This document shows, one piece after another, positions 36,583 to 48,702 of a stretch of DNA of 64,000 bases. The stretch is from Isurus oxyrinchus (Eukaryota). Below the pieces are notes generated by a model. It saw nothing but the letters and a program-made list of their open reading frames with translations, had not been told where the DNA came from and ran no database searches. Location of the stretch: positions 8,680,001-8,744,000 of the forward strand of contig JANJGN010000039.1 in the NCBI GenBank assembly GCA_026770705.1, in the 5' to 3' direction. How positions within the stretch are numbered: position 1 is the first letter of the stretch; every line of letters starts with the position of its first letter. Made by a program: the position numbers and the translations under genes.

Positions 36583-36892
36583 CTGGCCCGGGAGAGCAAT
36601 AAAACGTTGAACATGTGTAAGATTAAATACACAACCATGTGTGTGTTAATGTAATTAAGTACATCAATAGCTTTGGAAATTCTTCCCAGCTGATTGTGTG
36701 CTAAACGCCCCTTAGCCAGTGTAAAATCGTGCACCCTAACAGAATCCATTGGACATTTTTTCCGAACAACTTAATAAAATCAGTAGCAGGGGATGTTAAA
36801 CGGGCAGCGTTTAAAATTTCTTCCACGATTTTCCTCTTGGCTGCCTGACCTGGCGGTCTTAACGCCCACATGATAAAGGCTAAACCCACGAG

Positions 36893-37168
36893 AACTACCA
36901 TCTAGAAGGACAAGGGCAGCAGATAGATGGGAACACCGCCACCTGGAATTTCCCCTCCAAGTCACTCACCATCCTGACTGGGAAATATATCGGCCGTTCC
37001 TTCACTATCATCGGGTCAAAAACCTGGAACTCCCTCCTAACACCACACCAGCGGGAGTGCAACGGCTCAAGAAGGCAGCTCACCACCACCTTCTCAAGGG
37101 CAACTAGAGATGGGCAATAAATGCTGTGCCGACACAGCGAAGCCCACATACCCTGAATGAATGAAAAA
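36893..37168 (+). mobile_element. Well-preserved LINE 3' tail
   Basis: ccatctagaaggacaagggcagcaga..caagaaggcagctcaccaccaccttctcaagggcaa..gggcaataaatgctg; same tail as at about 26000-26250 and 62200-62480. Confidence 0.75.
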
Positions 37169-37604
37169 ACAATATTGACGGCAAATGTTCTGGGCTGGTT
37201 TTACTGTTTTTTTTTAATAACACACAGTCCCTAGACAACACAAAGTACTTCGTCTTCTCTTAATTCCGTGATGCAAATTATCAGTCTTGATCCTAGGATA
37301 TTCCTGATAAAGCAAGTGAAGGCAAGAAGCCACGTTATTTAGAAATGAACCAAAACTGGGGCTCAATCAGAATGTCTGCCTTAGATTGTGAAAGCATATA
37401 CAATAGCAGATGCTTCTGGAACTGTTCAGAAAAAGCCAAGTTTTAATTAGATGTTTTTGACAACAACACTTGCACACACACACACAAAAAAGGGACAAAA
37501 TGGTTTGGGACAGTGAAATGGCATGCTGTAGAGTCACGGTGAATTGTACTGTTGGAGTTGGGACAAATTAATTTCAGTGAAATTTTAATGAAATTTCATT
37601 TCAC

Positions 37605-38013
37605 TGCTAGGACGGGACAACAATTTCAATGTCTTTTGTAACAGAGCACCACAGAACCTGTTGTGTAAGCAGCCACATGGAAGTAAGCGATAATAGCGCC
37701 CTTGATGAACTCCAACATTATCGAGCATTACCAAGGCGTAAAGGTTAACAATCTGTGCAGAGACCATGAGAAGGGAAGGTCAGAGACCCGTCGGGCGAGA
37801 ACCAGGTCCCAGATGTACTTTTTAAATCGGAATAGAACTTAGAATACTGGAAGGAAACGAACATCCCCACTGCTTTCAAACCTCCACTGGAGGTGTCTGA
37901 ATGAGTTTGATAAAGCAACAGTCCATTTCTCACGGGTTGGGAGAACAGGCAGTTTGCAAGGAGCACTGTAGAGTCGAAGATAGCTGTGCCTGGGCTGATT
38001 TTGTGGTGAATTC
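37605..38013 (-). pseudogene. Decayed immunoglobulin V-like domain exon upstream of the TM exon
   Basis: ccccttcag acceptor, phase 1. B-strand-like STVLLANCLFSQP, C-strand-like HLQWRFES in another frame, and E/F-strand-like ALVMLDNVGVHQGRYYR (CGC where Cys TGC is expected). The possible phase-1 donor at 37604 gives 409 nt, not a multiple of 3. Confidence 0.5.
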
Positions 38014-38797
38014 CTGAAGGGGTATCATGGCATGCAGAAAATGGAGGAGTGCCTACGTGTGTGAGGAGGCGATTCAAATGCATCCACTAATAGGCAATGC
38101 TCCTTGGTGAACCTTAGTCCATGAGACTGCTCAGACTTGAATTGATGCGGCCAATTATCAGGAGCACGTGTCCTGTTTTGCGGGCATGTAGAGTCCGTTG
38201 GATGATATGCAAGGGGAATGGAAGGGGACAAAGGGAATTCTGCCAGTCCAGTGAGCATTATGGAAATGAGTCAAATAACGGTTTGTGGCGAATCAACCTG
38301 ACTGCTTACTCTCTGCAGTCCATGCAAAACGAACAGTAAGTAAAACGGATAATGAGACACAATGTCCCCAGTTGACGACATCAAATACATTTGGAGATGT
38401 CGACTGGGTTGCAACTAATTTATATTTAAAAAATTAAATTTATATCAGCGAGCGTGTCTTCAAGGTACTAGGGCTATGAAACGTTCATTAGTTGTGACTT
38501 GAGTATTATGTGCATTTCTGGTAACCTCTTTACAGAAAAGATGCAATTCCATTAGACATGGTACAGAGGAAATATAACGAGGATATTTCCAGACCTGGAC
38601 AATTGCAACAATGAAGAAAGACTGGATAGGCTGGAGTCGTTCTTCTTGCAAGAGAGGAGGCTGAGGGGAGATTACATTGAAATATACAGAATTGTGAGCA
38701 GCCTGGATCGAATGGATGTGACGGACCTATTTACTTCAACCAGTGACTAGGGGAATTGGGTTTAACGGGGTTGTTAGGAATTTTAGAGCAGAGAGTG

Positions 38798-39332
38798 TGT
38801 TGGGGAAGAAATTAAGTAAGACTTTATGGTAAGGGAAAATTTATTGAAAAGGAATTAATTACTTTAAATCTCCAGGCAGCCAGTGCTATCATGTATATTA
38901 ACACTTAAAGATTACCAGATGAACTTTGTTCAGGCTTAGGGCCTGTTACCAACAGAAAGGCCTCAGGAGCCACACTGGAGTCAGAGGATGGCTAAGACAT
39001 AGAGTAATTGTGCTCTTCAACAGATAGGGGAAGGACGGATGGTCCTAGTTCAGGTAGGACGGAAGGTCTCTGCCTGGGTAAAAATAGGGACATGCGATGA
39101 ATGTACCTGTTACCAGAGATGCCTGTTTAATGTAAACGGATATAGTGACGAGATGGGAATCTGGAAACTGTTCTTGTACGTGACCAATAATGTATAGATA
39201 TGTTGAACGCTTGTAATTTAGCAGAGTGTGATCTCAAGCTGTATTGAGATGACTCTCCCCTTGCAATTGCTGGAATAAACGTTCGTGACCTGTACCTGAG
39301 GCCCCTGTGGTCGGGTTGTCAAAGTGACAACA
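38798..39332 (+). mobile_element. LTR of an ERV or LTR retrotransposon (535 bp)
   Basis: TGTTG...CAACA terminal inverted repeat, AATAAA near 39275, a tRNA-complementary primer-binding site 3 nt downstream, and interruption of a CR1 fragment. Confidence 0.75.
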
Positions 39333-39335
39333 GAT

Positions 39336-39390
39336 TGGAATAGTCGGTAGGATTCGAACCATGTGGGGAAACCCCGCTTTGGATTTCAAG
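39336..39390 (-). tRNA. Partial, degenerate tRNA-Ser(UGA) copy (3' two-thirds including CCA); extended primer-binding site, not a functional gene
   Basis: The minus strand reads CTTGAAATCCA..GGGGTTTCCCC..GGTTCGAATCCTACCGACTA..CCA, matching the anticodon loop, long variable arm, T loop and acceptor strand of vertebrate tRNA-Ser. The D arm and 5' end are absent. Confidence 0.75.
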
Positions 39391-39914
39391 AAAAACCGCG
39401 GGTACTTGGAGTCAGGAACTCGCTGGGCAAAAGGGTAGCAGAGGCAGAGACCCTCAACTGACTGATTGAGTCACATATAGAAACTTCCAATGCAACATGC
39501 TGTTCTGACTTGATTGGAATATTTAATAGTGCGTGAAAATTGTTGGGTCTCAATGCATTTAAGTTCAATTGTCCTTGCTGTAATCACTATTACGAAATTG
39601 CTAATCATCGAGGACCATATTGACTTTTCAATTCTCATTCTTTCTTCCAATTACCCACAGCCCCATGATTCTCCAAGTTATCAGCGCTGGTCACAATCAG
39701 GTCTTTTGTGCTTTCCCGAGCAGAATTGCCCCAACTGTCATGACAGTACCTTTAGTTAGTTACCTATGCCTCAAGCTCCGGTATTTACCTCCATTGCCTC
39801 TCTAACTCGCTCCCCTCCTTCAAGGCACTGCTTGAACATTACTCCTTTCACCAAGTTGTTGTGCATCTTAACCATTTATCGTTAGCTTGTTGGTTAATCG
39901 TGAGGTTTAGTGTC

Positions 39915-40785
39915 TTGGTCAACAGGAAGATATAGATGGGATGATCAAATGGGCAGATAAGTGGGCGATGGTATTTAACCCTGAAAAATGTGAGGTGATA
40001 CACTTTGGAAGGAGCAATTTGACGAGGAAGTATTCAATGAATGGCATGGCACTAGGAGGTTCTGAGAAAAAATGGACGTTGGCATCTGTGTCCATATATT
40101 TCTGAAGATGGAGGGCATGTTAGTGGGGTGGGGAAAAGGACATATGGGACACCTGCACTTATCAATCGAGGCAGAGATTACGAAAGTAGGGTGGTAATGC
40201 TGAAGTTGTTTAGAACCTTGTTGAGGCCACAGCTGGAGTGTTGTTTGCAGTTCTGGTCGACACATTATAGGAAGGATGTGATTGCACTGGAGGGGGTGCT
40301 GAGGATATTCATCAGGATGTTGCCTGGGATGAAACAATTAAGTTGTGAAGAGAGGTTGGATAGAGTTGGGTTGTTTTCGTTGGAGCAGAGAAGACTGAGG
40401 GGTGACCTGAAAGAGGTGTACAAGTTTATGAGGGGCGTGGACAGGCTGGATAGGGAGCAGCTGTTCCCCTTATTAGAAGGGTCAGTCTTGAGGGGACACA
40501 ATTTCAAAATGGTGGGCAGGAGGTTTAGGGGGGATGCGAGGAAAGCCTTTTTACCCAGAGGGTGGTGAAGGTCTGGAAGATGCTGCCTGGGAAGATGTTG
40601 TATGCGGGTTGCCTCACATCCTTTAAAAAGTAACTGGATGAGCACCAGGCACGTCATAACATTCTTGACTATGGGCCAAATGGTGGCAAATGGGATTAGT
40701 TGGAAAGTCAGGTGTTTCTCACGTGTCGGTGCAGACTCGATAGGCTGAAGTGCCTTTTCTGCGCTTCCTGGTTCTGTGATTCTGT
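39915..40785 (+). mobile_element. CR1 LINE 3' end (relatively young)
   Basis: ORF 40128-40568 reads INRGRDYESRVVMLKLFRTLLRPQLECCLQFWS..ERLDRVGLFSLEQRRLRGDL; ends in ttctgtga repeats. Confidence 0.9.
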
Positions 40786-40914
40786 GAAAGAGGGAGAGAG
40801 AGAGAGAAAAAAATTGAGGCATGATCCGTGATCCTACGGTTACTTCAAAAGCTTGAATTGGGAGAGCGGCGACTCAAGGTGGAAATATATTGAATGATTT
40901 ATTCTGGACGTGTG

Positions 40915-41161
40915 CTCTGTGGAGAGGAAGACAGTTAACGTTTCAAGTCCGTATGACAGTGATCACTGGCCTTTTATCGAGCTCTACCTGTGCCTCACAA
41001 CATCCTTTAAACCAGCTTATATTTCACCTCTTTTCAATTTTTCCTGAGTTCCGTTGAAGAGTCATACGAACGCGAAACGTTAATTGTGTTTCTCTGTGCA
41101 GATGCTGTCGGACCTGCTGAGTTCTTCCACGTATTTTTGCTTTTGTTTAGGATTCCCAGCA
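40915..41161 (+). mobile_element. Penelope-type terminal repeat with partial inverted arm, running into the gap
   Basis: gaagagtcatacgaacgcgaaacgttaa..gatgctgtcggacctgctgagtt..ggattcccagca, with an inverted partial arm at about 40917-40957. Confidence 0.6.
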
Positions 41162-41662
41162 NNNNNNNNNNNNNNNNNNNNNNNNNNNNNNNNNNNNNNN
41201 NNNNNNNNNNNNNNNNNNNNNNNNNNNNNNNNNNNNNNNNNNNNNNNNNNNNNNNNNNNNNNNNNNNNNNNNNNNNNNNNNNNNNNNNNNNNNNNNNNNN
41301 NNNNNNNNNNNNNNNNNNNNNNNNNNNNNNNNNNNNNNNNNNNNNNNNNNNNNNNNNNNNNNNNNNNNNNNNNNNNNNNNNNNNNNNNNNNNNNNNNNNN
41401 NNNNNNNNNNNNNNNNNNNNNNNNNNNNNNNNNNNNNNNNNNNNNNNNNNNNNNNNNNNNNNNTCTCTANNNNNNNNNNNNNNNNNNNNNNNNNNNNNNN
41501 NNNNNNNNNNNNNNNNNNNNNNNNNNNNNNNNNNNNNNNNNNNNNNNNNNNNNNNNNNNNNNNNNNNNNNNNNNNNNNNNNNNNNNNNNNNNNNNNNNNN
41601 NNNNNNNNNNNNNNNNNNNNNNNNNNNNNNNNNNNNNNNNNNNNNNNNNNNNNNNNNNNNNN
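41162..41662. other. Assembly gap (N run with a 6-nt island)
   Basis: Visible directly. Confidence 0.99.
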
Positions 41663-41930
41663 CTATCCATCTATCCATCTATCTAGCTATCTACCTATCG
41701 ATCTGTCTGTATGTCAGTCTATCTATCTATCTATTTAAATATCTCTCTATCTATCCGTCCATCTCGCTCTCTCACTCTCTTGCTCTTTCACTCGGTCGGT
41801 CCATTTGTTGCACATTCTGTCTCGCTCTCTCTCTCTCGCGTTCAACTCTCTCTTCAAATCAGTCCATCCATTTGAAGGTCTGTCTATCTGTACATCTATG
41901 TGTCTGGCTATCCGTCTGTCGGTCTGCTTG
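41663..41930. repeat. (CTAT)n / (CT)n simple repeat
   Basis: Visible directly, abutting the gap. Confidence 0.88.
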
Positions 41931-44900
41931 ATTAATTCTCCCGGCCGTTCGACATGTGAGTGCGCTGCAAAAAAAAAAGTGCCAGTGTGCTATCACGTGA
42001 GAGGTTAGATCAGGTCTATCCTTGCACGATCGATTGCCAATTTCTGCATAAAATGTCTTTTGAGGCGGAATAAATTAACTTTGCATTCGCTTCCTTGTCT
42101 TTAATGTGCTTGACTCTGCTCTCCACACATGCTGAAATCACTGGATGATTCCTCCATTTGGTTGTGCCGATGGTTTGTTATTTTGTTCAGAATCATGTTT
42201 TCAGACGTATCCATTCATGTGGCAGGGATGTGGTTAGATCGGCCACAACTTGTTGCTCCACCCAAATTGCCCTTGAAGATGTGGAGGTGTCCTATCTTCC
42301 TGAAATTGTCTGTTTCATCTTATTGACGTCAGGGGCATTCCATCAGTACCGAGAAAGAAGCGTGTTAAGCTCAAGGTGATTTCAGATGACTGAGGATTCC
42401 AACTCAGGACAAATATGTTCTTCCGCCGTGGGACTGCTTTTTAGCACTAACTTTTGGAAATTAAAGGCCTTGGACGATTCAAATCTCCTTCCTGTGCCTC
42501 GGCCTTTTCAGCACTCTTTTGAGCCTCGAAGTGGTTTTCGATTTGATGGACAGTTTGGTGCCAGGCTGAGAGACTGGCAGCATTCTCCTCCCGTGCCCTG
42601 TTGTTAAGGCCTCATTGCTTTACGGAGACCTGCAGTGCAGCCTTACACCTTTCTCTTTGGCCGCCCTTTGGACGAGGAATGGTAAGTGACAGAGGCAGGT
42701 ACGGAAAGGCACCCCTTTCCTGAAAAATGTGCCCATTGACTGCCCCAAATCTGCCGCATTTGTGCAGGATTTTGACTGGGGGCCAACACAGGCTTGCCCC
42801 TTTCCCCAATCCTCCATCCCCACAGGGTTTTTCGCCAGAAGCCGGCCTGTGAACCCCCCATTTAAGTACCAGAATTCTGGAGCGCCGGAAGTATGCTTCA
42901 TATGGTGCAGGCACACCACGTTGTTTTTAGCAAGGTCGCATCAGGAATCCATGTACTGTGATCCAGCTTGCAATCTCTGAGTTTGGCCTTCAGATTTCAG
43001 ACATCCTGTAGTGGAGCTTCCTGTGCTCACCGAGTGTGGCGTTTGGTACGTAGGCATTTTCCAGATGAACCGCATGAACTACCCAGGGAACCGGGGCTGT
43101 AATGAACATATTTTCAATGTCAGTCATGCTGCACTTTGCAAGATTGTCGGTTTTGCGGATTTTGCCTTGCCAAGAACCGTTGGAAATGTTTTACGGGCAG
43201 TGAAGTTGTAAAGTTTTCATGAACTTTCTAAGAGGCCGAAAGGTTATGCAAGTCTCGCGCTGATATGAAAGTGATATAAAAAAAACAGTGCCTGGCAGGC
43301 CTTGATCTTCCATCTGCGGGAAAATCCGTGTTTTATTTGCAGAAGTCAGTGAGTGAAACTTGCCAAATGCCGAGCTAGTTTTTGTCAGGCGATGGGAAAT
43401 TTTCCCATCCAGTTAGTGTTCTTGGATTGCATGCTGCCAAGTTAGCAAAACTTCCGTAAAGAACAGAGGAGTGCGTTGTTCAAAGCGACTGTGGTATCTT
43501 GGAGCACGTGACCAGATTTGATGCAGCATCTCTATCCTCAGATATATTGTCAATCGAAGACATTCTGAGTTTGCAGCAAAGCGCTCAGAACGCAGCTGAA
43601 TGTCTCCGGATCCTGAACTATGAGTGTGCATTGGTCCGCGAATAAGACATTCCTCTGTAGCTTTCCAGTAACCTCTGTGCAAGGATTTAATTTTGGCTCT
43701 TTGGAAAGGCTGCCTGTGGTCCTGAAATATATGTGTAATCCTGTGTCAAGCGCTTTGACCGCATGCTTGGAGAATGACTGACAAATGTATGAAAAACAGA
43801 GCTGGGTTGCACATTAAAGTGTATTAAACAGCCTTATTTGGCGCCGCAAGTGACATGAAATAGGTTCACATTGACGACCCACTTTGCAAAAAGAGAGAAT
43901 TACACTGATCGTCTGTTCAGTTCTGTCGCATAATATTGGCTGAGTTGAAAAGTTTATTGACCAATAAGGGAGAGTAGGGTCATGAGCGTTTAAGTGTATG
44001 ATGTGCGGAAAGTGGCGCAAAGGGCCGGCGGAAGACGCTGATTGGCGGAGAGCGGGGCTGAGGCCACGATCAGATAAACCATGAGTTTTCCGAGTTGCAG
44101 AACATGCTCAAGGGGCCGAATGACCAACTGCCATTAAATACTCTGGTTTTGGTGGGTGTTTGAAATGCAGACCACACCAAAGCCGGAGGCGCCGTCGATT
44201 CGGGTTCATTGTAATCAGTGCATCCATGTGCTAATGATTGTCTGCAGAAGACGTTTGATGGTTAAGAGTTAAATGTTAAGAGTGGAACAGCCGCCGAGCA
44301 ATGTAGTCTATATATCCCATTCTTCTATTACAAAAAAAGCATTTTTCATTCATGTCAACCATCTCTCTGGATGCAGTATGTGAGAGGTTGAGCAGGAGCA
44401 TTGCATGGCGTGGGGAATCGTTACTGAGGGGGTATGGGGTCGGATTGTCTTCAACACATTATTTTGAAATATTTTGGTTGAGAAAAGAAAAGCCTACAGC
44501 ATACAATTTCTATTGCTCATCAGGTCACCACCAACACCAGCCTTCCCGGTCCTATGGTTACGTTTATAATTTCCAGGCAGAATGGTGCAAATTTATGTGC
44601 AACCACCCACAATGTAGGCCAAGAATCTGACCGAAATGTCAGTGCCCAAGGAATCCACGGAAAGATCTGGGCAGCGTATGAGTTCGCTCTGGAAGATTTA
44701 ATGAGAAAGACATCCATCAGACATGTGCCCAGTTTCAGCAAAGACTTGGTCCGGAATCACAAAACAGTGATGAACATTTACAATTGCCCCACTTCTTCTC
44801 GTGGCGGTTCAGGCTGATTGCGTTCTCTCGAATCATTTTGATATAAATTAGTAACGATTTGATTCCCAACATCGCCCTGTGGGTCAATCATTTCCCGCCG

Positions 44901-45859
44901 TGACTATCCAGTATGGGATCTACCCGTTGCTCATTAAAATATAGCCCCTTCAATTGTATTCCAATGTTGGCCGTTTCAGTTCGAAACGGTTCCTTTCAGA
45001 AGGAGAGCAACTGACGTAACCTGTTTGTTCAATGACTGAAACTAATTGATTTCTTTAGGGGACATGAATGCCCTCCTGGCGATTTAGCTGCTGTCTACTT
45101 AACAGTTCCTCTGAATGTCACATTTCATCTTTTCCAACAGGCTGGTGTATCTGTTTCAACGAGAGTTAGCGCTTCTCACCGAAGATATAATTTGCTGTAC
45201 TTCATCAGATACGGGCCATTTACAAACCCATTTTCGAAGCTCTCGTTTTCCGATGTACGTTTACTAAAATGCCCTCGGATGAACAATATAAATTTCTGTC
45301 CTTCTTTCAATTCATCAATGAGGGCAACGCTGGCAAGGCCAGAATTTATTGTCCAACTATAATTCCCCTTGTGAAGTGGGTGGTGAGCTGCTACGGTCTT
45401 TGTGGTGTTGTTACATTCACGTTATTATTAGCAGGGGTTGGGGGTTTGTGGTCCTTTAATTTGACACGGAGACAGTGAAGAAACGGCGATATTTTTGAGA
45501 ACCAGGGCGATGAGGGGCTGGGAGAGGAACCTTCAGCATGTGGCATTCCCATGATTATTTTACCTTTGTCTTTCTAGATCGCAGCGGCCGTGAGTATGAT
45601 TACTTAAATAAAGGGCTTCATGTTATCCACAGTTAACAGATTTTCTCTGTTCCCTGCTACGAATGCTGTCGCGCCAGTTTTACCCTGGTGCTCCAGATTA
45701 ATTAGTGTGGCAACTCCTTCCGAATCGCCTGTGATTTTGACGTGTTTCTCTTATTTTCCTGAAATGAATTTAAAGAAGAAGAGGATTTCTACCTTTCAGC
45801 TCACACGTTCATTCCATGTTGTGCATCCATCTCTGCAGGAAAGACATCTCCACATGAAG

Positions 45860-45929
45860 ATGGGAGAACTGATACTTCGGCAGATAGAAGCCATTTACTA
45901 TCCTATTCTCGCGGCTATTGGTGTTCCTG
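45860..45929 (+). CDS. Class A GPCR, GPR139/GPR142-like, intact copy: coding exon 1
   Basis: ATG at 45860 (in-frame alternative at 45854) reads MGELILRQIEAIYYPILAAIGVP, the first half of TM1, then G|GTAAGA phase-1 donor at 45930. It joins exon 2 as G|TT (Val), restoring the TM1 GxPxN motif (GVPVN). Confidence 0.88.
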
Positions 45930-48587
45930 GTAAGAGCCTAAATACAATCATTGCCTGAATAAATGGATGTTCTCAAACGCCGGTTCCGATAACATGGAAT
46001 CATTTATTTACAGATGGAAAGTTGTCAAAGCAGCAATGTATGTTTAACCATAACGTTAACACGGTCTTCCTGTTGCTCTCTCTTACTCTCCGTGGTCTCC
46101 ACTGCTGACACCTTATTCTTGCTTTACGGAATGTCATATAACAGGGTCGGCTCTGCAATAATTATCATTATCAGGTGCAAACCGAGTTTGAATTTGTAGA
46201 AAACACAAACTGTGAAAAATCTGTGCAGAAGCAAATTCGCATTCTGCAAAATTCTGCTTGAAATACTTGAAGCCGTTGCTAATTATTTTCATCCATCTTC
46301 CAATATTTAAAGGAACGGAATCCCTGTCAAATCACATACATCTTACCACAGCGATACTTTTACAAATCTGTATACAGAGAGGATATCTGGAAATCTGGGT
46401 GAAACAGATTACTATGTTTTCTGAAGACATTCCGATGTCTTAGTCACTTGTCTATTGAAATGCATGCATTTCTACACTCTCTAATATCGATCACCTTAAT
46501 GAATTTACATGAAGTGCAGTCACCGAAGTAACGCAAAAGGTGGCAGGCAATTTTTGGTCCGGAAGGTTCCACAAGCAGCAAGTTGACAATGACCAAATGA
46601 TATTTTTTGTAGGCTTTAGCAGGACGCAAGTGGCTACGACAATGTTGTACGAGGAAATAATCGCAAGCGTTCTTGCACGTTTACACTTTCAATCGATTTG
46701 ACATCTGTTCGAAAGTTATTACGTCTGATGGTGCAGAATTACTTCACTACGGCAATAGAGCATTAGCCGAGAATTCTGTACTCAACTACTGACGCCGGGC
46801 GTAAGTAGTCAAACATCTATCTCAGCACGCAGATTGCTAACTGAAACATACGTGGCCCGATTTCGGAACACCTGTGCTTCTCGAGTAGTTAACTGGTTCT
46901 CCTTATTCTGCTCATTTCAATTCCTAGCCCTCCACTTCCTGTTGTTGTAAAACCTGCTTCCTCTTCTAACTAATTTACATTCAGAATTGGAGTGAATTTA
47001 TAGTAAGCATTGTCGGACTCCCCTTTGGCTTTGGGAAAATCATATTGTCACACTAAATGGTGGCACTGGCAGAAAGACATAGAAGCATAGGAAATCCGAG
47101 TAGAAGTTGGCCACTTGGCCGCAAGGGGGGTGCTCCACAACTCAAGTATATCCCGGCTGAAATAATGCCTTCACGACATTCCATGCAATATCTCATATCT
47201 TCGGATGCATTGAATATTGAGAAATCAGTTCATAGGCGCCTTTAATATACTCAGTGACTGCCCATCTGCCGAGGGTGCAGGACATAATTTCGATCATTTA
47301 TCCCTCCCTGAGTGATGCAATTATCCTCATCTCATTTGTAAATGCAGTCCTCTTATTCTGATATTGTTTTTCCTGGTTTTAGACACACCCACCAGGGGAA
47401 ACATCCATGCAAGATCTACACCACCGAAACGTATAAGAACGGTGAATGCTTCAGTGAGATCATTTCTCATTTACCAGGGCGCCAGAAAGCAGAGGACGAG
47501 GGTCGTCAATGTCTCCACATAGGACAATCCCAGCTAAATACCAGTAATCCAAGAGGTAATCTGTTGAACATTCCTTGTCGCAGAGTTACAACATACCTAA
47601 TGAAATCTACACCAAAGCAGCAAAGTAGAATGCTTGACCAGCACCACAAACATCAGCATAAAGAGCTCACATGAAAATTGTAGAGTCGGGGATACGTTGG
47701 GCTTGGGGTTACAAATTATGGTTGTGCACAAATCAGCTCCAGCCAATGGTCCACAGTGCGTCGTGAATGTGCACTTTTGAGTTTTTGATCAAGGTGAAAC
47801 CGACCCCATTTAGCACAATGGTTGTCTCACACAAAACGATTGAGGGAAGCCCCAATGTGAAGGTGGAATTCGTCTGCACGAGGACCGTGCCCTGGTCAAT
47901 CATATCCATCATTGAATGGACACATGTATCTGTGGCGTGTAGGTTGGTAGAGCGAATTCAATTAGGTTTTTGCACCTGTTTGTTTTCCTGTCTTACAATT
48001 CACCAGGATAAGCCGTGTTGTTATGCATGATCGCTGCTGCTGAGACATATGACAGATGTTAGCAAAGTTCCTTCGTTTGTGCATTTGACCTCGAAAGCCT
48101 GGAACGGCAAGAGCAGGAGAGGCAGGAGAACACTCTTAATTACAAAATCCTTTCCAAGTCACACACCACTCTGACTTGGAGATAAATCACCGTTCCCTGA
48201 CTGTCACTAGACCAAAAACCTGGAAATCGTCACTCGTAGCATTGTGTTTGTATCCACTTCACATGGGCTGCAACACTTTAAAACCGTTACTGTCAAGAAG
48301 AATTAGTGCAAAAGGAAATAAAAGTGCTACTCTTGACAATATAAGCAAAGAAAATAAAATGTTGCATGGTGAAGAATCTATGAATGTTGATGTCCTTTTT
48401 CTATTGAAATGATGGCCCGGAAGATTCTTTTGTTCCGGCTCAACAAAGATTAACTACAAAATGCATATTTAAATGTAAATTATTTTGGAGAACACTGGTC
48501 CCAAACTGAGAACGTATGTTTTGAATTCACTTCTAAATATCTAAATATTTAAGCAAAAGGATTGGCTGGAAATTTCGACCGAAACTC

Positions 48588-48702
48588 GCACCCCTCCCCC
48601 TCACCCCCCCACCACCCCCCCCACTACCCCCCACCCACCCAACCCCCCCCCCCCCCACCACCGCCTGACTCCCCCAGAACTCCCACCTCCATCACCCACC
48701 CA
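48588..48702. repeat. C-rich low-complexity tract
   Basis: Expanded relative to the paralog at about 11632-11685. Confidence 0.8.

Larger units (their letters stand above)
38460..39470 (+). mobile_element. CR1 3' fragment split by the LTR-tRNA insertion
   Basis: ERLDRL..RRLRGDYIEIYRI before 38797; CR1 resumes near 39391 (ggagtcaggaactcgctg..aagggtagcagaggcagagaccctca). Confidence 0.65.

Noticed and set aside
39336-39390. Functional tRNA-Ser gene
   Set aside because: Lacks the 5' acceptor strand and D arm/A box, has mismatches, and includes CCA, so it is a reverse-transcribed fragment.
40265-40822. 185-aa minus-strand ORF
   Set aside because: Antisense shadow of CR1 ORF2.
41034-41931. Long ORFs of 200-281 aa in the track
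   Set aside because: Artefacts of translating the N gap and the adjacent (CTAT)n repeat.
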